From Azolla caroliniana (Eukaryota > Plantae > Polypodiophyta), in assembly GCA_043228905.1 (NCBI GenBank), contig JBHGNT010000008.1, positions 3,596,001-3,660,000 of the forward strand: a stretch of DNA of 64,000 nt, in the 5' to 3' direction. Below the pieces are notes generated by a model that had not been told where the DNA came from, did no database searches, and worked only from the letters and a program-made list of their open reading frames with translations. Of this stretch, positions 61,671 to 64,000 are shown in pieces. Position numbers and translations under genes: made by a program. The first letter of the stretch is position 1, and every line of letters starts with the position of its first letter.

Positions 61671-63512
61671 TCATATGACACCACGACGACCAAGAAGAGC
61701 TTGAAACGTGGAAAAGAGATCTTTGTTGTCGGGTTCGAAAATCTCATCAGCTTTCCGCAATGTCTCCTATTTCCCATTTAAATTAGGGGAATAATTTATG
61801 CCAACAAATAAGCATATGTATCAATCAAGCAAAGATAAAGAGAGAAACTTTCATCTATAGGAGAAATGCACACCTCTTTGGTCTCGCGATGAGCATTAAG
61901 CTCTTTGATGATGCTCAGAAATGCATTAAATTGATCATATGATAACTGGATCCTGCATCAGAGATCCATTCACATGGTAAGGGCATATAACCTAACAATA
62001 TAGTTTTTTCTTTATGTGATGCATGTATGAGTAGGGAAAAAAGTAAGCATGTTCTCTCACCTGGCTTGCCAGAAGAACTGTTTTCCATCAATCCGTGGCA
62101 TGTCTCCTGGAATGGCTAAAGCCAATGATAAAGAAAGTATCTAACTTCAAACCATCATATGAAAATGATATATGTCTGCATTAGGATTTAAGTGTCTTGG
62201 AACTTAAATAGGGTTTTTGGATTGAGGGGTTGAATCTTGATAAAGCATGTGCAAAGCTGTGCTTGAAAATACATGCAGGTAGCACTTTCATATGAACTGT
62301 TCAAATTGAGAGGAGATTTACAAAGCATTTTCAAATTTAATGATAATATTCTAAAGCTAATCTTCATCAGGATTTTTCTAAATGGATGGAGATAATTGCA
62401 AATAAGGATCTAGATCAAGAAGATAGCCTCGAAAAAGTTCACAGATCAATGAAAATTCCAAGGAGCCTTTTTTAGGTTGAGTTCCTCATGAATGACTCAT
62501 TAAGGACATCCTGTTTGGAAAAGAGCTCTTTGCAGGTCCAAACTTGTCACTGTTGAATTTCAGCTCGTAGATTGAGAAGATAGTAATGAACTAGTAATGT
62601 CACTTGTAGAATGCCATCTAGGTGAATCCAATGCAGAGATTTGCGAGGGTGATCCTGCATTTGATTGCTTTTCGGAGAGCTCTGTTAGGTTTTCACTGGG
62701 GTTAATACAGAATTAAACCATAGGAAGCAAGAACAAGAAAAAAGCACAAAAGAAACATCCATTGAATCAAAAAAAGAAACCCTACTCCAGCCAGGACAAC
62801 CTTCATTAGCGAAATACTCATCTGCATGCAGTGGTGAAACTGTTGTAGACCCTGTGTCAGAATTTGTCAATTTGATTCTAGTGGATGAATCTGAATCTGC
62901 AGATACTAATGGACATTGCATATGTATATGTAAGAGAAACTGCAGTCTCACATAGTTCTCTAACTAAGTAGAGCCTCATGGTTCCATAAAGAAAAACAGA
63001 CATGAATCTACAGAGATATTTATGGATTGAGAAGAGTTCTTACCTGTGGAGTCCAAAGAGAATCCCAAAGGCTTTTCATCATCATGGTTTTGCTGCACAC
63101 GAAATAACCAGGAAAAGTTGATACCAACATTTTATCTCAGTTTTATAACACGAGGTCATCGCAACAGGAACACATAATCATCTTATGTGTGGCATTCATT
63201 ATATGCTAGCTAGACCTTACAACAAAAAGATATGGAGTTTGTGAGCATACCATGTCCATTTTATCTTCTTCTTCTTCTTCTTCTTCTTCTTCCAAGGACT
63301 GGATCAAAGTCCTCTTGAAAGTTTCCAACTGCCACAACAACTCTATAATTGAGCATATGAAGGGCTCAAATCTGAGCATTACATTTACAGAGAAATATAT
63401 GACTGGAAAATACGAGATTTGTGAGGAAATGCATAGTGGTACCTTTGTAACATCACGGGTCAGCTTCTTAAAACTCATGGACAGAGCATTCTTCTCGGTC
63501 AGTCAGTTTGGC
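61671..63512 (-). pseudogene. At4g15545/NAIP-family coiled-coil protein gene, spliced, probably pseudogenised
   Basis: Exons 63512-63443, 63328-63251, 63092-63044, 62896-62801, 62681-~62510, 62106-62061, 61952-61874 and 61766-61671. They encode KKLTRDVTK/LETFKRTLIQSL and RIDGKQFFWQAR/IQLSYDQFNAFLSIIKELNAHRETKE/ETLRKADEIF, matching the family motifs. Apparent +1 frameshift and in-frame TGA at 62562-62560. Confidence 0.8.
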
Positions 63513-64000
63513 CTGGTTCACACACTAATTATACTTCAGCATTAGATTTGTATTAAACTTCCTGAGTTCTGATGAGATCTTGCATTAACATAATTCTAAC
63601 ATAATTAACGATTGGGAAAAGAAAAGCTAAATAAAAACCGATTGCCAAAACTACTCTTTTAGCTTCTGACAAATTTGCATTGATTTGGTTCAGTTCACAA
63701 ACATAAATTACTTCAGCAATTTCTCTGGCATGAAGAACAGAAATTAGCGATGGAAAGGTTTTGATGGATCAAGAAAAGAAGAAGATGCAGAGCTAGAAAG
63801 TAAAGACACTTGCACAATGTCGGGCAACGTTTCTTTGCTAATCGGCCCAAAGCAAAAAGCAAATGTATGGGATTGAAATTGAAAAATCGGAAAGCAGAAT
63901 TGAAGAGCGAAGAGAAAACAAGAACAGGAAAAAAAAACCAAAAAAATTTATATCCATAAAGAAAACCCTAAAAGACTATATACATAAAAAAAACCCTAAA

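Overview
Eukaryotic nuclear DNA from a plant, most likely a seed-free lineage such as a fern (inferred from apparently unedited plastid ndhF/atpB fragments and the retrotransposon types). About 57 kb is a deeply nested cluster of decayed LTR retrotransposons: about 10 Ty1/Copia insertions with tRNA-iMet PBS where retained, and 5-6 Ty3/Gypsy insertions using tRNA-Arg, tRNA-Trp and tRNA-Ala PBS. It also holds hAT- and Mutator-type MITEs, a MITE with a 4-bp target duplication, a palindromic TAGCTAATTAGCTA array, a spliced RING-like pseudogene and a plastid-DNA patchwork. The last 3 kb holds a spliced, probably pseudogenised At4g15545/NAIP-family gene on the minus strand. Most striking is a 20.6-kb Gypsy element (22895-43464, matching LTRs and 5-bp TSD) with no polypurine tract. 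Its 3' LTR is instead preceded by a copy of the tRNA-Arg 3' end (an inverted second PBS) that is complementary to its own PBS, hinting at a non-canonical priming mechanism. All boundaries were read by eye, no database searches were run, and tRNA and protein matches are to sequences recalled from memory.
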